A stretch of DNA of 64,000 nucleotides from Gemmatimonadales bacterium (GCA_041615815.1 JBFJCP010000003.1:96001-160000); one strand, 5' to 3'; shown: positions 50,556 to 60,947, counted from the stretch's first letter. Numbers and translations: made by a program. The notes: generated by a model not told the origin, from the letters alone.

Positions 50556-50751
50556 AATACCCTTTCCTCCTACGAACTAGCCCTCGTAGAAAGTTAATCG
50601 CCTGCGGTTTTGACGGTTTACGGTCTGAAGGAAGCCGCTAACGAGGAGCGGCAGCGCGGGAAGCCAAGGTAGGTGGGCACGTCACGACACGCAAGTGGGG
50701 TCGAATCTCACCGTGTCAACGCCATTCCCCGCTTTGCACATCACAAAGTTG

Positions 50752-51255
50752 TTATTCCGGAAACCGGTGTCGTCGCACCGAGCCGTCCCGATGCCGCCGT
50801 GCCAGCTGAACGTAGTGTTGCCAGGTTTCCTGGATGCGGGACCGCAGCCTCTCGTCGACGGATCGCACCACACGGGCTGGTAGACCCAGCACGAGCGACC
50901 CCGCCGGGATCTCCATTCCCTCCGGCACCACCGCGCCGGCGCCGACGACCGAGCCGGCCCCGACGTGCACCCGGTTGAGCAGAATGGCCCCCATCCCCAC
51001 CAGACAGTCGTCCTCGATGGTGCACCCGTGGAGAATGGCGCGATGGCCTACGCCCACCCGTGCCCCGACCGTGCACGGGATCCCCTCGTCCACGTGGACC
51101 ATGCTCAGATCCTGGATGTTGGTGTCGTCGCCGATGCGGATGGGGGCCATGTCGCCACGGAGCACGGCATGATACCAGACGCTCGCGCGCGCGCCCAGGC
51201 TGACGTCGCCCAGGACCACGGCGCTGGGTGCGACGAACGCCGTTGAATCGATCAC
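50752..51255 (-). CDS. Gamma carbonic anhydrase family (hexapeptide repeat) protein
   Basis: SVWYHAVLRGD, NIQD..VH, VGH.AILHGC. Confidence 0.93.
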   Translation of the reverse strand: MIDSTAFVAPSAVVLGDVSLGARASVWYHAVLRGDMAPIRIGDDTNIQDLSMVHVDEGIPCTVGARVGVGHRAILHGCTIEDDCLVGMGAILLNRVHVGAGSVVGAGAVVPEGMEIPAGSLVLGLPARVVRSVDERLRSRIQETWQHYVQLARRHRDGSVRRHRFPE

Positions 51256-51278
51256 GATGTGGTTGGTCCCCGAAGGGG

Positions 51279-53297
51279 TTAGGGCGAAGGCTCACCCTCG
51301 AAGGTCATGCGAATCCACGCGGCCACTGGTTGGCCGTTCTTCTGCGCGGGCCGGAAGGGCAGCTCCTTGGCGACCTGCGCCGCCTGTCGCGCGAATCGCA
51401 GCTCGGTCTTGCCGGCCGGAACAATGCGGCCCACGTCCCCCTCGGCCCCAACGCGGATCCACAGAATCGCCGGGGGTGGCGCCACCTTGACGTTCTTGGG
51501 CAGCCGGACGACGGCCGGCTGCAGCGCCACGGGCGGTGCGTCGTAGCAGCCGCCGTCCGCATTGTAGCTCGGACCGGGCAACGCGCAAGCGTCGCTGTCG
51601 TCGGTCCGGGCAAAGGCCCGTCCGACTTCGGGGCGATCATTCCCGCGAGCGCGGCGCATGGCGACCTGGACGATGATCCGCTCACCGCGCCCCACCGCGA
51701 CCGTGGCCGCATAATCTTCGTACCCGAGCGCGGTCACACTCACGCGGTGCGACCCCGCTGGGACCGTCAGCATATGCTGGCTCACAGCTTCTCCGTTCAC
51801 CGTCACGCGACCGAGGCCCGGGACGCCTCGGAGCTCGAGGACACCGCTGTTGGGCCGTTCGGTCGGTGCCTCGGTCGCCGCGGCATCGACGACGTCCGAC
51901 GTCTCGCGGCTTACGGAGTCAGCGGCCAAGGTATCCGGCTCCGGCACGCCTGCACCGAGTGAATCCGCGAAGCCCCAAAGCGACTCGCTCACCGCCGCGG
52001 GAGCCGAGTCCGGCACGAGCGCCATCGCGGGCTGTACTTGCGCCGCCGCCGCCCCACCTCTCACGACATCCCAGACGGCCGCGAGGGTGATGCGTTCGCC
52101 GTTGGGCAACTGCGGGGGCCACTCGGAACCGAGCAGCAGATACCAGTAGCCGCCGGCACCACCACCGCCCATCATGAACAGGACGAACAGCCCCACGAGC
52201 ACGCCGCTCCCCTTCTTCTTGGCTCGTGGGCGGGGTGTCTGGCGCGGGTCGATTCGCGGAATGGGGGTAGTCGGTGTCGGCTGCACTCCCTTCGTCGACC
52301 GCAGCGCAGCCTGCACGGTGCTCGGCGTCAGCTCCTCGGTGGGAGCCTCCATGGAAACGGTGGCAGCGGGATGCTGCTCCAGTGCGGCGATCAATTCCTC
52401 GGCAGACTGGAAGCGATCCTTGGGCGCTTTCGCCATCATCCGGTGAATCACTCGGAACAGTGCCCGTTCCTCGGCCGTCTCGAGTTTCGGCGTGGGTACA
52501 GCATCCATCACGTGCTTGTACCCAATCGCAAAGGGATCTTCGCCGTCGAACGGCACCTGGCCGGTCAAACACTGGTACGCGACGACGCCCAGGGAGTAGA
52601 TGTCACTGCGACCATCGATCGAACGAGCCCGTGCTTGCTCGGGGCTCATGTAGTGAGGGGTGCCAATCGACATTCCCGTGCCGGTGAGTCGCGAGCCCGT
52701 GGCAGCCTTGGCGATCCCGAAATCGGTGACGACGGCATGGCCGCTATCATCGAACAGAATGTTGTCCGGCTTGATGTCCCGGTGCACGATATCGTGCTGA
52801 TGCGCATACCCAAGTGCCGCGGCCGTCTGAATCAACAGCCGGCGAATGTCGGCAGGTGCTAGGGCACCCTCATCTTCGATGAGATCAGCCAGCGACTTCC
52901 CACGCAGGTACTTCATCACGAAGTAGCTCACGTGGCCCGCTTGCCCCACCCGATAAATAGGAATGATGTTGGGGTGCTCGAGCTTGGCGGCGGTCTTGGC
53001 TTCGCGCTGGAAACGCTCGACAAAGTCCGCATCGAACGCCAGCGACATCGGCAACACTTTGATGGCTACGACGCGGTCGAGGAGTTTCTCCCGCGCCTCG
53101 TAGACAACGGCCATCCCCCCCCGCCCCAGCTCCTGGATGAGCTCATATTCAGTCTTGAGCGCATCACCAATGACTTGGGACTCCGAGCCGTCCGGACGCA
53201 CCGCTGCCATGGGCGTCGTCGCACGCAAGTCGAGCCCGCACGCCGGGCAGAACTTGGCGCTTCGATCGACTTCGGTACCGCAACGTGAACAGAACAT
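51279..53297 (-). CDS. Ser/Thr kinase: zinc ribbon + kinase + TM + PEGA-like + TonB-C-like
   Basis: MFCSRCG..FCPACG; GRGGMAVV, VAIK, HRDIKPDN, DFG, YMSPEQ; TM; C-terminal FRPAQKNGQPV. Confidence 0.9.
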   Translation of the reverse strand: MFCSRCGTEVDRSAKFCPACGLDLRATTPMAAVRPDGSESQVIGDALKTEYELIQELGRGGMAVVYEAREKLLDRVVAIKVLPMSLAFDADFVERFQREAKTAAKLEHPNIIPIYRVGQAGHVSYFVMKYLRGKSLADLIEDEGALAPADIRRLLIQTAAALGYAHQHDIVHRDIKPDNILFDDSGHAVVTDFGIAKAATGSRLTGTGMSIGTPHYMSPEQARARSIDGRSDIYSLGVVAYQCLTGQVPFDGEDPFAIGYKHVMDAVPTPKLETAEERALFRVIHRMMAKAPKDRFQSAEELIAALEQHPAATVSMEAPTEELTPSTVQAALRSTKGVQPTPTTPIPRIDPRQTPRPRAKKKGSGVLVGLFVLFMMGGGGAGGYWYLLLGSEWPPQLPNGERITLAAVWDVVRGGAAAAQVQPAMALVPDSAPAAVSESLWGFADSLGAGVPEPDTLAADSVSRETSDVVDAAATEAPTERPNSGVLELRGVPGLGRVTVNGEAVSQHMLTVPAGSHRVSVTALGYEDYAATVAVGRGERIIVQVAMRRARGNDRPEVGRAFARTDDSDACALPGPSYNADGGCYDAPPVALQPAVVRLPKNVKVAPPPAILWIRVGAEGDVGRIVPAGKTELRFARQAAQVAKELPFRPAQKNGQPVAAWIRMTFEGEPSP

Positions 53298-53530
53298 TGC
53301 AAGATGCCCTAGTAATCCTTCCGAACTCAGTGTCACTCACATTCAGTCACCTGGGTAAGGAGCAATCCCCGTGCCCGTAAGTGCCTACATTATATGAACT
53401 TGTGACGAAACTCACAGGACGAATGGTCAGGTGGGAACAGGCCCAGTAGGCCGAGCGCATCGGCCGGAGGAGCGAGGGAACAGGACGGAAGGCAGAGGGT
53501 GAAGGCGGAGGGCCGAGCGAGTGACCGCAC

Positions 53531-55528
53531 CTACCTCTCCCGTGCGTCCAACGACCCTTGGGCTCGCGTCGCGAGGAACGCCCGGATACCCTCGACGAGA
53601 CCGGCGGCGTAGCGCCATTGGCCGGCCTCACTCGCCAGGACAGCTTCTTGGTCTGGTAACATCATGAACAGGCCTTCGGTGAGGACGGCCGGCATCCAGG
53701 TGGGGCGCGCGAGAGCCAGATCCCCACGCCCGACACCGAGATCTCGAAATCCGAATTGTCGAACGAGGGCGCGATTGATGGCTCTGGCCAGCGGCGCGCT
53801 CCGCGGATGAAAGAAGTACACGCTGGTGCCGTTATTCACGAAGGGATTCATCCCGTCCGGGAGCGCGTTGGCGTGCACGGACACGAGAACCTCGCCATCC
53901 ACCCGCTCGGCAATCTGGAGACGTTCGACCAGGCTCACGCTCACGTCGTCGGCGCGAGTCAGCACGACCCGGGCGCCGAGCGAGTCGAGAAGGTGCTTCG
54001 CCTTCCGCGCAACCTCGAGCATCGCGTCCGGCTCACGGAGTCCCGTGGGCCCGGTGGCGCCGCCCGGCGGATGACCGGGATCCAGCACGATCGTCACGTC
54101 GCGCAGCGGGTGCGCCGGATCGATAGGCGGGGGCCGACGGATCTCGAGAAGGAGATCCTCGCCCGCCCAACGCGTGCGGTACCCCCACACGCGTTCGGCC
54201 AGCGTTACCGTGATCGTCGCTTCGTCCTCGGTGGGTTGGTGAAATTCGACCAACTCCACGAATGAATCCGTCCCGCCGTACTGCACCCAATCCATGTCCG
54301 TGGTCGTGCCATACAGGGTGAGGACGATCTGCCGTTCGGTCTCGGCAATCCGATACGGGATGCGAGCCGGCAAGGGAATTCGCAGCACCGAGACGCGCGG
54401 GCCGGGCATCAGCCGCATCGAGCGCGCCGCCCCCCCAGGGGGTGGGGTCCCGGCGGGCAATGGGTGGACATCCCGAGCATCCACCCACGCCACACTAGTT
54501 CGTGACAGTTGGAGACGGACCTGATCGTTCCACCGTCCACTGGCCACGGCCACCGTGCCAGTGGGGAAGAACCAATGATAGGTCCCGTACGGATTAGGCC
54601 GCCCTGCCAGACTACTGTCCGTTCCGCCCAGACCCTGGGGGTCGTCGTCGACACGCACTACGACAGGCCGCTGCGGATCCACGATCCCGATCTGAAGCGG
54701 CCACCGCGCCCGCACCGTATCGATGTCCCGGATCGCCTCGACGATCGCCCAGGCAGAGCCGCTGTCCGCCATAGCGGCGCCGGACCCAAACATCGTGCCC
54801 GGCTCCGCGCCAAGGCGCCCGGTCCACCATGCGGCATACCGGTCTGCGCGTGGTGGGCGAGCGGGGGGCAGATCGGTTCGGAACGCCCGCTCGCCCCAGG
54901 CGAGCGGGGCGGGCGTGGAATCGGCGAGCAGCGGCACGGAATGGCCGTCGGGCAGCACGATCCGAAGTTGCGCGCCTGGGCTCGCGCGTACAGCAAGCGG
55001 AACACCCTCGTCCGGTCGGAGCCAGAGCTGTCCGGTGGGACGGAAACTCGTCGTGTCGATCCACGTTGCGCGCCACCCGGGGTCGAAGGTCGGCGCCAGG
55101 CGGGCCACGAGCTCGGCCCGAACTGAGCGATCATCTGCCCGTGCAAAGAAATCGAACCGGACCACCGAATCCGTGGTGCCGACGGTGAGCGGCAGCCACG
55201 CGATCCATCCGCCGGTGGGATAGACCTCCACGGGATACCCGTTGACGAACACCATCGCATCCCCGCGCCCGATGGACCCAAACACGAACACCGAGTCCGT
55301 CCGCGGCATCAGGTAGGTGGAGTCGGCGCGGTAGACGATGGTCCCGGCGATCGGCGGGTCTACGCGGGATGCGGGAGGATAGGCGATGCGGAGGTCGAGG
55401 GGTCCCTCGAGCGGCCGTGGGGGTGGCAGCAGCGCTGGCGCAACGAGGGGCCCTGGTGGTGGGGGGGGAGCTCCCCCCCCGCACGCGGCGACGCAGAGGA
55501 TCAGCACAGCGAGACGGGGGTGCCACAC
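53531..55528 (-). CDS. N-acetylmuramoyl-L-alanine amidase (Amidase_3) lipoprotein
   Basis: CVAAC lipobox; VLDPGH..GG..G..E, LTR, SVHANA, PAVLTE. Confidence 0.9.
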   Translation of the reverse strand: MWHPRLAVLILCVAACGGGAPPPPPGPLVAPALLPPPRPLEGPLDLRIAYPPASRVDPPIAGTIVYRADSTYLMPRTDSVFVFGSIGRGDAMVFVNGYPVEVYPTGGWIAWLPLTVGTTDSVVRFDFFARADDRSVRAELVARLAPTFDPGWRATWIDTTSFRPTGQLWLRPDEGVPLAVRASPGAQLRIVLPDGHSVPLLADSTPAPLAWGERAFRTDLPPARPPRADRYAAWWTGRLGAEPGTMFGSGAAMADSGSAWAIVEAIRDIDTVRARWPLQIGIVDPQRPVVVRVDDDPQGLGGTDSSLAGRPNPYGTYHWFFPTGTVAVASGRWNDQVRLQLSRTSVAWVDARDVHPLPAGTPPPGGAARSMRLMPGPRVSVLRIPLPARIPYRIAETERQIVLTLYGTTTDMDWVQYGGTDSFVELVEFHQPTEDEATITVTLAERVWGYRTRWAGEDLLLEIRRPPPIDPAHPLRDVTIVLDPGHPPGGATGPTGLREPDAMLEVARKAKHLLDSLGARVVLTRADDVSVSLVERLQIAERVDGEVLVSVHANALPDGMNPFVNNGTSVYFFHPRSAPLARAINRALVRQFGFRDLGVGRGDLALARPTWMPAVLTEGLFMMLPDQEAVLASEAGQWRYAAGLVEGIRAFLATRAQGSLDARER

Positions 55529-55648
55529 GGTGGCGGAAGCTACACGAAATCAACGAGCTACGTCAATTTCGCTCGGTTGACCCACTTTTTGGCCTCGTGT
55601 AGATTGGCTCACCGCTTACGTTTCGTTTACCCGACACTTGATCGGCGC

Positions 55649-56659
55649 GTGATGGTCTGCGCCCATTGTGGGCGACACAACGACGACGCAGCACGGTATT
55701 GCGAAGACTGCGGCAAGTCGCTGTCCCGCGCTGACGTTCCGGGGGTCGGCATGACTGGAAGCGCCGTCGGCCAGCAGGCCGGGTCCCAACCATCCCGATG
55801 TCCGGCATGCGGGAGTATTCCCGTGGCCGGGCTCCCGTTTTGTCCCTCGTGCGGGAAACGTCTCGCCTCGTCCACTCCGAGCGAGGAGACCTGCCCGCAC
55901 TGCGGCGCCGCGCGGGCACCGGGGGCCACCTTTTGTCCCGCGTGCGGTCGTCCGCTCGACCCCTCGACCGCAGAGCGCAAACGGACATCCGCGTTCTCGC
56001 AACCCCAGGTGCGGGTGTTGGCTCAGCTATCGTTCCTGGACGAGGACGGCCAGGTGGTCAGTACGAGCCCCATCACCCGTGAGGAGACGACGATCGGGCG
56101 GCTGGGAGCCGATATCGAGTTTACGGACGATCACTTCCTCTCTCCGCTCCACGCCCAGATCACGGTCAAGGAGGATCGTTTCTACCTCCGCGATCTGGGA
56201 AGCCGGAACGGCACCTGGTATTTCATTGCCGAGCCGCACCGGTTGTCCGATGGGGACATGCTGCTCATCGGATCACAGATCTTTCGCTTCAAGCGGCTCG
56301 GATATCCCGGTCCTCATCCACCCGAAAGCGACGCCACGCGTCGCATGGGGAGCCTCGTTCCCAGCGCGGATATTGCGAAGCTCGTGCAGCTTCGCAGTGA
56401 CGGATCCGACCGCGATGTCGTGCACCTCTCGCCGGGACGAAACCTCACCGTGGGCCGTGATCGGGGCGACTGGAGCTTTCCCTACGATCCCTCGATGAGC
56501 GGTGCCCATGCGGAGATACGCTCCGAGGACGCCGACTTCGTGCTCGTAGATCTCGGGAGCCGCAACGGGGTCGGGATCGCCGTGCGGGGAGAGGTCATGC
56601 TGGAGCGTACCGCTCGCATTCTCGTGGGCGACAAGATGATGCGGCTGGAGTTGCCGTGA
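55649..56659 (+). CDS. Multi-zinc-ribbon + tandem FHA domain protein
   Basis: Six CxxC pairs; two FHA domains (IGR..S..HA..DLGSRNG twice). Confidence 0.9.
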   Translation: MMVCAHCGRHNDDAARYCEDCGKSLSRADVPGVGMTGSAVGQQAGSQPSRCPACGSIPVAGLPFCPSCGKRLASSTPSEETCPHCGAARAPGATFCPACGRPLDPSTAERKRTSAFSQPQVRVLAQLSFLDEDGQVVSTSPITREETTIGRLGADIEFTDDHFLSPLHAQITVKEDRFYLRDLGSRNGTWYFIAEPHRLSDGDMLLIGSQIFRFKRLGYPGPHPPESDATRRMGSLVPSADIAKLVQLRSDGSDRDVVHLSPGRNLTVGRDRGDWSFPYDPSMSGAHAEIRSEDADFVLVDLGSRNGVGIAVRGEVMLERTARILVGDKMMRLELP

Positions 56660-58347
56660 AGGTCTGCACCGTCTGCAGCGCTGAGTGGCCCGACGAGACC
56701 AACTTCTGCCCCAACGACGGTGCGGGTTTGCGGTCCGTCGATCGCAGCGACCTCATCGGCTCGGTGATCGCCGACAAGTTCCGCATCGAGCGCAAGCTCG
56801 GCGAAGGGGGGATGGGAGCGGTGTATCTCGCCGAGCACATCAAGATGCACCGGCCGTGCGCCATCAAGGTGCTGACCAAAGCTCTCACGCACAATCCGGA
56901 CGCGGTGGCGCGGTTCAATCGTGAAGCCGCCAACGCGGCCCAGATCAGCCATCAGCACGTCTGCGCGATCTACGACTTCGGCGAATCCGCCGACGGCCTG
57001 ATCTTCCTGGTCATGGAGTACATCGAAGGCGAGACGCTCAGCTCCCTCTTGACCAGGGAGGGACGGCTCTCGCCCCCGCGGGCGGCGACGATCCTGGCAC
57101 AGGCTGCCGACGCTCTCCAAGCGGCGCACGATCTCGGCATCGTGCACCGGGATCTGAAGCCGGACAATGTGATGCTGACCCAGGGGCGGGACGGCGCCGA
57201 TCACGTCAAGGTGGTCGACTTCGGCATCGCCAAAGCCATGGGGGGAGGCGAGGAAGGCCAGAAGGTCACCAAGACGGGGCTGGTCATCGGGACGCCGGAG
57301 TACATGAGCCCCGAACAGCTGTCCGGCGATGTGCTGGACGGACGGAGCGATGTGTACTCCCTGGCCCTGGTGTTTTACCGCGCGATCACGGGCCGGCTCC
57401 CGTTCGAGGCGGACACCGCCCAGGAAGTCTTGATCAAGCGCCTCACGGATGAGCCGATTTCCCTTCACGACGCGGCACCAGACCTCGACTTCCCCTCGCA
57501 ACTCCAAGACGTCTTGGACCGGGCGCTCCAGCGGATGCCCGGCGATCGTTACCCCACCGCGGCGGAGTTCTCGCGAGACGTTCTGGCCGCCGTTCAGGGG
57601 ATGGCCCGCTCGGGCACCGGGCCGTCCACGGAGGCCGCCACCCAGATCGTGGACCGCGGCGGGCCGAGTCTGCCGCCCACGCGGCTTTCGCCGGCCTCGA
57701 CCCCCGCAACACCCCAGCCGATGATGCCGACCCGCCCTTCCCGGCCGTCGGCGGCCAAACCGCGTCAAGATGGCGGAAAGCGCCCCATCCTGGTCGCTGC
57801 CGTCACGATTGGGATCATCGCCGTGGTGGGTGGGAGTGCCGCCGTGGCGCTGCGCGGGGGTGGGGGAGCGGAGACGTCGACGGACCCGGTCGCGACGGCC
57901 GTGAAGGGCGACACGGCCGGATCGAGCACGGGCGAGACGCGCCAGCCCCAGCCGAGCAATGGATCCGACACGGCTCAGGACGGTCCGCGACAACGGCCGC
58001 GGCCGGTGGAGGCCGACAGCCCCGTCGTCGTGCCGGTCGATCCTCCCGCGCCGCGCGTCGATCTCCCGGCCATCGCTGAGGAACTCGTGGACATCGGGCG
58101 ACTCATCACGGACGACCCCGCCGGTCGAGGGCGCCTCCGCCAGACAGCCGTCACCCGGTACAACGATACCCGGCTTCCCGACACGCTCCGCGCCCGCGCC
58201 GCATCGATCGTCGCCGAGTCGTTCGATGAGGACCACGACAACCAGCTGGCCGAAGCTTGTCGCTGGATCGCAAATGCGATCGCGCTTCACCCGACGAACG
58301 GCACGTATCGCTTGTTCGAAACGCAGGTCTTGGGGTGCCCGTCGTGA
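56656..58347 (+). CDS. Membrane Ser/Thr protein kinase
   Basis: N-terminal C..C..FCP.DG; GEGGMGAVY, AIK, HRDLKPDN, DFG, GTPEYMSPEQ; TM helix. Confidence 0.93.
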   Translation: MKVCTVCSAEWPDETNFCPNDGAGLRSVDRSDLIGSVIADKFRIERKLGEGGMGAVYLAEHIKMHRPCAIKVLTKALTHNPDAVARFNREAANAAQISHQHVCAIYDFGESADGLIFLVMEYIEGETLSSLLTREGRLSPPRAATILAQAADALQAAHDLGIVHRDLKPDNVMLTQGRDGADHVKVVDFGIAKAMGGGEEGQKVTKTGLVIGTPEYMSPEQLSGDVLDGRSDVYSLALVFYRAITGRLPFEADTAQEVLIKRLTDEPISLHDAAPDLDFPSQLQDVLDRALQRMPGDRYPTAAEFSRDVLAAVQGMARSGTGPSTEAATQIVDRGGPSLPPTRLSPASTPATPQPMMPTRPSRPSAAKPRQDGGKRPILVAAVTIGIIAVVGGSAAVALRGGGGAETSTDPVATAVKGDTAGSSTGETRQPQPSNGSDTAQDGPRQRPRPVEADSPVVVPVDPPAPRVDLPAIAEELVDIGRLITDDPAGRGRLRQTAVTRYNDTRLPDTLRARAASIVAESFDEDHDNQLAEACRWIANAIALHPTNGTYRLFETQVLGCPS

Positions 58348-59378
58348 ACCTCTTTCGGAAGTCTCGGGATCCTCGGATTCGGGTATCCGTCTTTGCCAAG
58401 ACGGATGTGGGGCAAACGCGCGAGCACAACGAGGACACCTTCCTCGTGGCCGATCTGACCACCCAGCGCACCTCGCTGCAACCCGAGGTGCGGGATCACG
58501 CGGTGGGACCCAAGGGCTCGCTGTTCATCGTGGCCGATGGGATGGGTGGGGCGGCCGCAGGAGAGATCGCCAGCGCCATGGCCGCGCAGACGATCCACGG
58601 ACACATGACCACGCACTGGCTCACCGACACCGATACCTCGCCGCAGCGATTTGCCTATCGCCTGAAGGAGGCCGTGGAATCCGCCAACACGAAGATCCAT
58701 CAGTACGCGAGGGAACACCCCGAACTCAAGGGAATGGGGACCACTACCACCGCGGTCGGGGTGCTGGGAGATCACATCTATCTCACTCAGGTGGGGGATT
58801 CGCGCGCCTATCTCATTCGGGGTGACGACGCCATTCAGCTCACCAAGGATCAATCCTTGATGCAGCGCCTCGTCGACGCGGGCGAGCTCACCGAAGAAGA
58901 AGCCGAACGCAGCGAGCGCAAGAACATCATTCTCCAAGCCCTGGGCCCCGATGCGATGGTCCGGGTCGACCTCACACATCAGCCGATCCGGCGGGGCGAT
59001 GCGATCGTGCTCTGTTCGGACGGTCTCTCGAATCAGGTTCGCAAAGAGGAGATCGCCGAGCGCGTCAGAAACGCCGACGATCTCGCCGCGGTGTGCTCCG
59101 AGCTCGTCAACCTCGCCAACGAACGAGGCGGTCCCGACAACATCACCGTGCTCATCGCACGGTTCGGCGGGGACGGCCTACGGGACTCGGCCATGAACGA
59201 AACGGTGGGACACCAGATCTACCCGCTCGCCGACAGCGATTCGGTGACCGAGCCCGTTCCTACATACCCAGACCAGCCCCTGATCCACCCGGAGGACCGG
59301 CCCAAGATGATCTTCGTGGGCGTGCTCTCCGCCATCCTCATCGTCGCGGCCCTCGCGTGGGCCGCGATCGGGTGGTGA
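58344..59378 (+). CDS. PP2C-family Ser/Thr phosphatase (Stp1/PrpC-like) with C-terminal TM
   Basis: TDVG..REHNED, VADGMGG, GMGTT, VGDSRAY, LCSDGL, GGPDNIT. Confidence 0.93.
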   Translation: MNLFRKSRDPRIRVSVFAKTDVGQTREHNEDTFLVADLTTQRTSLQPEVRDHAVGPKGSLFIVADGMGGAAAGEIASAMAAQTIHGHMTTHWLTDTDTSPQRFAYRLKEAVESANTKIHQYAREHPELKGMGTTTTAVGVLGDHIYLTQVGDSRAYLIRGDDAIQLTKDQSLMQRLVDAGELTEEEAERSERKNIILQALGPDAMVRVDLTHQPIRRGDAIVLCSDGLSNQVRKEEIAERVRNADDLAAVCSELVNLANERGGPDNITVLIARFGGDGLRDSAMNETVGHQIYPLADSDSVTEPVPTYPDQPLIHPEDRPKMIFVGVLSAILIVAALAWAAIGW

Positions 59379-59388
59379 GCCTCGTCGC

Positions 59389-60792
59389 GTGAAGCCACAA
59401 CTCCGCATCCTCAGCGGGGCCCTCGCCGGACAACAGCAGGTTTTCTCCGAGGCGCAGATCAGCATCGGCCGCCACTCGACCTCCGATCTGCGATTTCATC
59501 CTCAGGAGGATCTCGAGGTTTCGGCACGGCACGGGGTCATCCTGCGGCACGGCGACCGCTGGGTCATTCGGGATTTGGGCAGCCGCAACGGCATCTTTGT
59601 CAATGGCCACCGGATCCCGGGTGACACGCCGCTCTCCGACACGGACCAGATCCGATTCGGTCTGGATGGCCCGTCGGTAGAGTTCCGTCTCGTCCCCGAC
59701 GACGTGCCTGACGGCGTCCAATCGCCGGCATCCCGGCCGCGCCCGACGCCGGCGCCGACGCCCGCCGACACCGTACGCCGCGACAGCACGACGCAACGGA
59801 TTCGAGTGGAAGTGGGGAAACAAACCCGCCGCCTGCGATATGTCGTCGCTGCGCTCGTGGGCCTGGTGGGGGTCGCCGTGGTGCTGGTTTCCGTGACGGG
59901 ACGGGAAGCTCGCCGCCGCCAGACCGAGGTCGCGGCACTCCAGGCGCGCTCGGACAGCCTACGGCTCGCGGCCGAAGGAGCACTCCGGGCCCTCGAAGGC
60001 CGCATCGAGGCGTTGGCCTCTGCGCTTCGCACGTCGCAAGCCGAGGTCGCCGGTCTGCAAGAGAGACTGCGCACCGCACAGCGACAGGGTGACGCCGCAG
60101 AAGTCGAGTCGCTCCGGCAAGAGCTCGCCCAAGTCACCGAAGCCTTTCAGGCGCAGCAGGCGGCCGCGCAAGTCGATTACCGCCGGATCGTCGAGCCAAA
60201 CCAACGCGCCGTGGCGCTGCTCTACGCCGAGTTTGCGCGTGGAGACGTGCTGACGGGTACGGCGTTCGCGGTGGCGAGCGACGGTACACTTCTGACCAAC
60301 CGCCACTTGGTGGCCGGCGCCGACGGCACGCGCCGCCCCAACCGGCTGGGCGTGCAGTTCGCCGATTCGGATCAGTTCTGGCCAGCCCGCGTCGTCGCCA
60401 TTGCCGAAGATGTGGATCTCGCCGTCGTCAAGGTCGACATCCGCGGCGGAGTACCCGTCGTCCAACGCCTCAACGCCCGGCCCGATACAGTCCGTCAGGG
60501 TGACCCCGTGGCCCTGATCGGTTTCCCGCTGGGTACCGAGCTACCCATGTCCTCCCAGGGACGTCGCACCATCGCCCGCACCTCCTTCACCCCCGGGTCG
60601 GTGAGCAAGACCCTCCCGGACCGGTTCCAGATTCTGGGATACGGCGCACCAGGAGCCAGTGGCAGCCCTGTGTTCGATGGTAACGGCGAGGTCATTGCCG
60701 TGCTGTACGGGGGCGAACCCAACTCGGATGGCCGAATCCTGTTTGCCGTTCCCGCGAACTTGGCCACCTCGTTGCTGAGCGCCCTGCGGTAA
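59389..60792 (+). CDS. FHA + TM + coiled coil + trypsin-like serine protease
   Basis: FHA (IGR, VSARH, DLGSRNG); TM; catalytic triad motifs TNRH, DLA, GASGSP. Confidence 0.88.
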   Translation: MKPQLRILSGALAGQQQVFSEAQISIGRHSTSDLRFHPQEDLEVSARHGVILRHGDRWVIRDLGSRNGIFVNGHRIPGDTPLSDTDQIRFGLDGPSVEFRLVPDDVPDGVQSPASRPRPTPAPTPADTVRRDSTTQRIRVEVGKQTRRLRYVVAALVGLVGVAVVLVSVTGREARRRQTEVAALQARSDSLRLAAEGALRALEGRIEALASALRTSQAEVAGLQERLRTAQRQGDAAEVESLRQELAQVTEAFQAQQAAAQVDYRRIVEPNQRAVALLYAEFARGDVLTGTAFAVASDGTLLTNRHLVAGADGTRRPNRLGVQFADSDQFWPARVVAIAEDVDLAVVKVDIRGGVPVVQRLNARPDTVRQGDPVALIGFPLGTELPMSSQGRRTIARTSFTPGSVSKTLPDRFQILGYGAPGASGSPVFDGNGEVIAVLYGGEPNSDGRILFAVPANLATSLLSALR

Positions 60793-60880
60793 CTGGCAAC
60801 CCCCGCCGATTGTCCTCTAAAAGGGACGATCCCAATGGCTTCTGATTCAATAAGCTCTGTCAAGACAACGGATTACGTCT

Positions 60881-60896
60881 TGGCACGCACACTGCA
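60881..60896 (+). promoter_or_regulatory. Sigma-54 (-24/-12) promoter
   Basis: TGGCACGCACACTGCA versus consensus TGGCACG-N4-TTGCW; GG-N10-GC spacing correct; upstream palindrome GTCC-N8-GGAC at 60812-60827. Confidence 0.7.
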
Positions 60897-60947
60897 TTTC
60901 TCCTCGGGCGGAGACCGGGCCGGGTCTCCCGAACCTGAGAGGAGGCA

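Noticed and set aside
50556..50751. Cobalamin riboswitch or NrdR boxes upstream of nrdJ
   Set aside because: Only scattered partial matches; no B12-box, and the NrdR-like 16-mers match poorly
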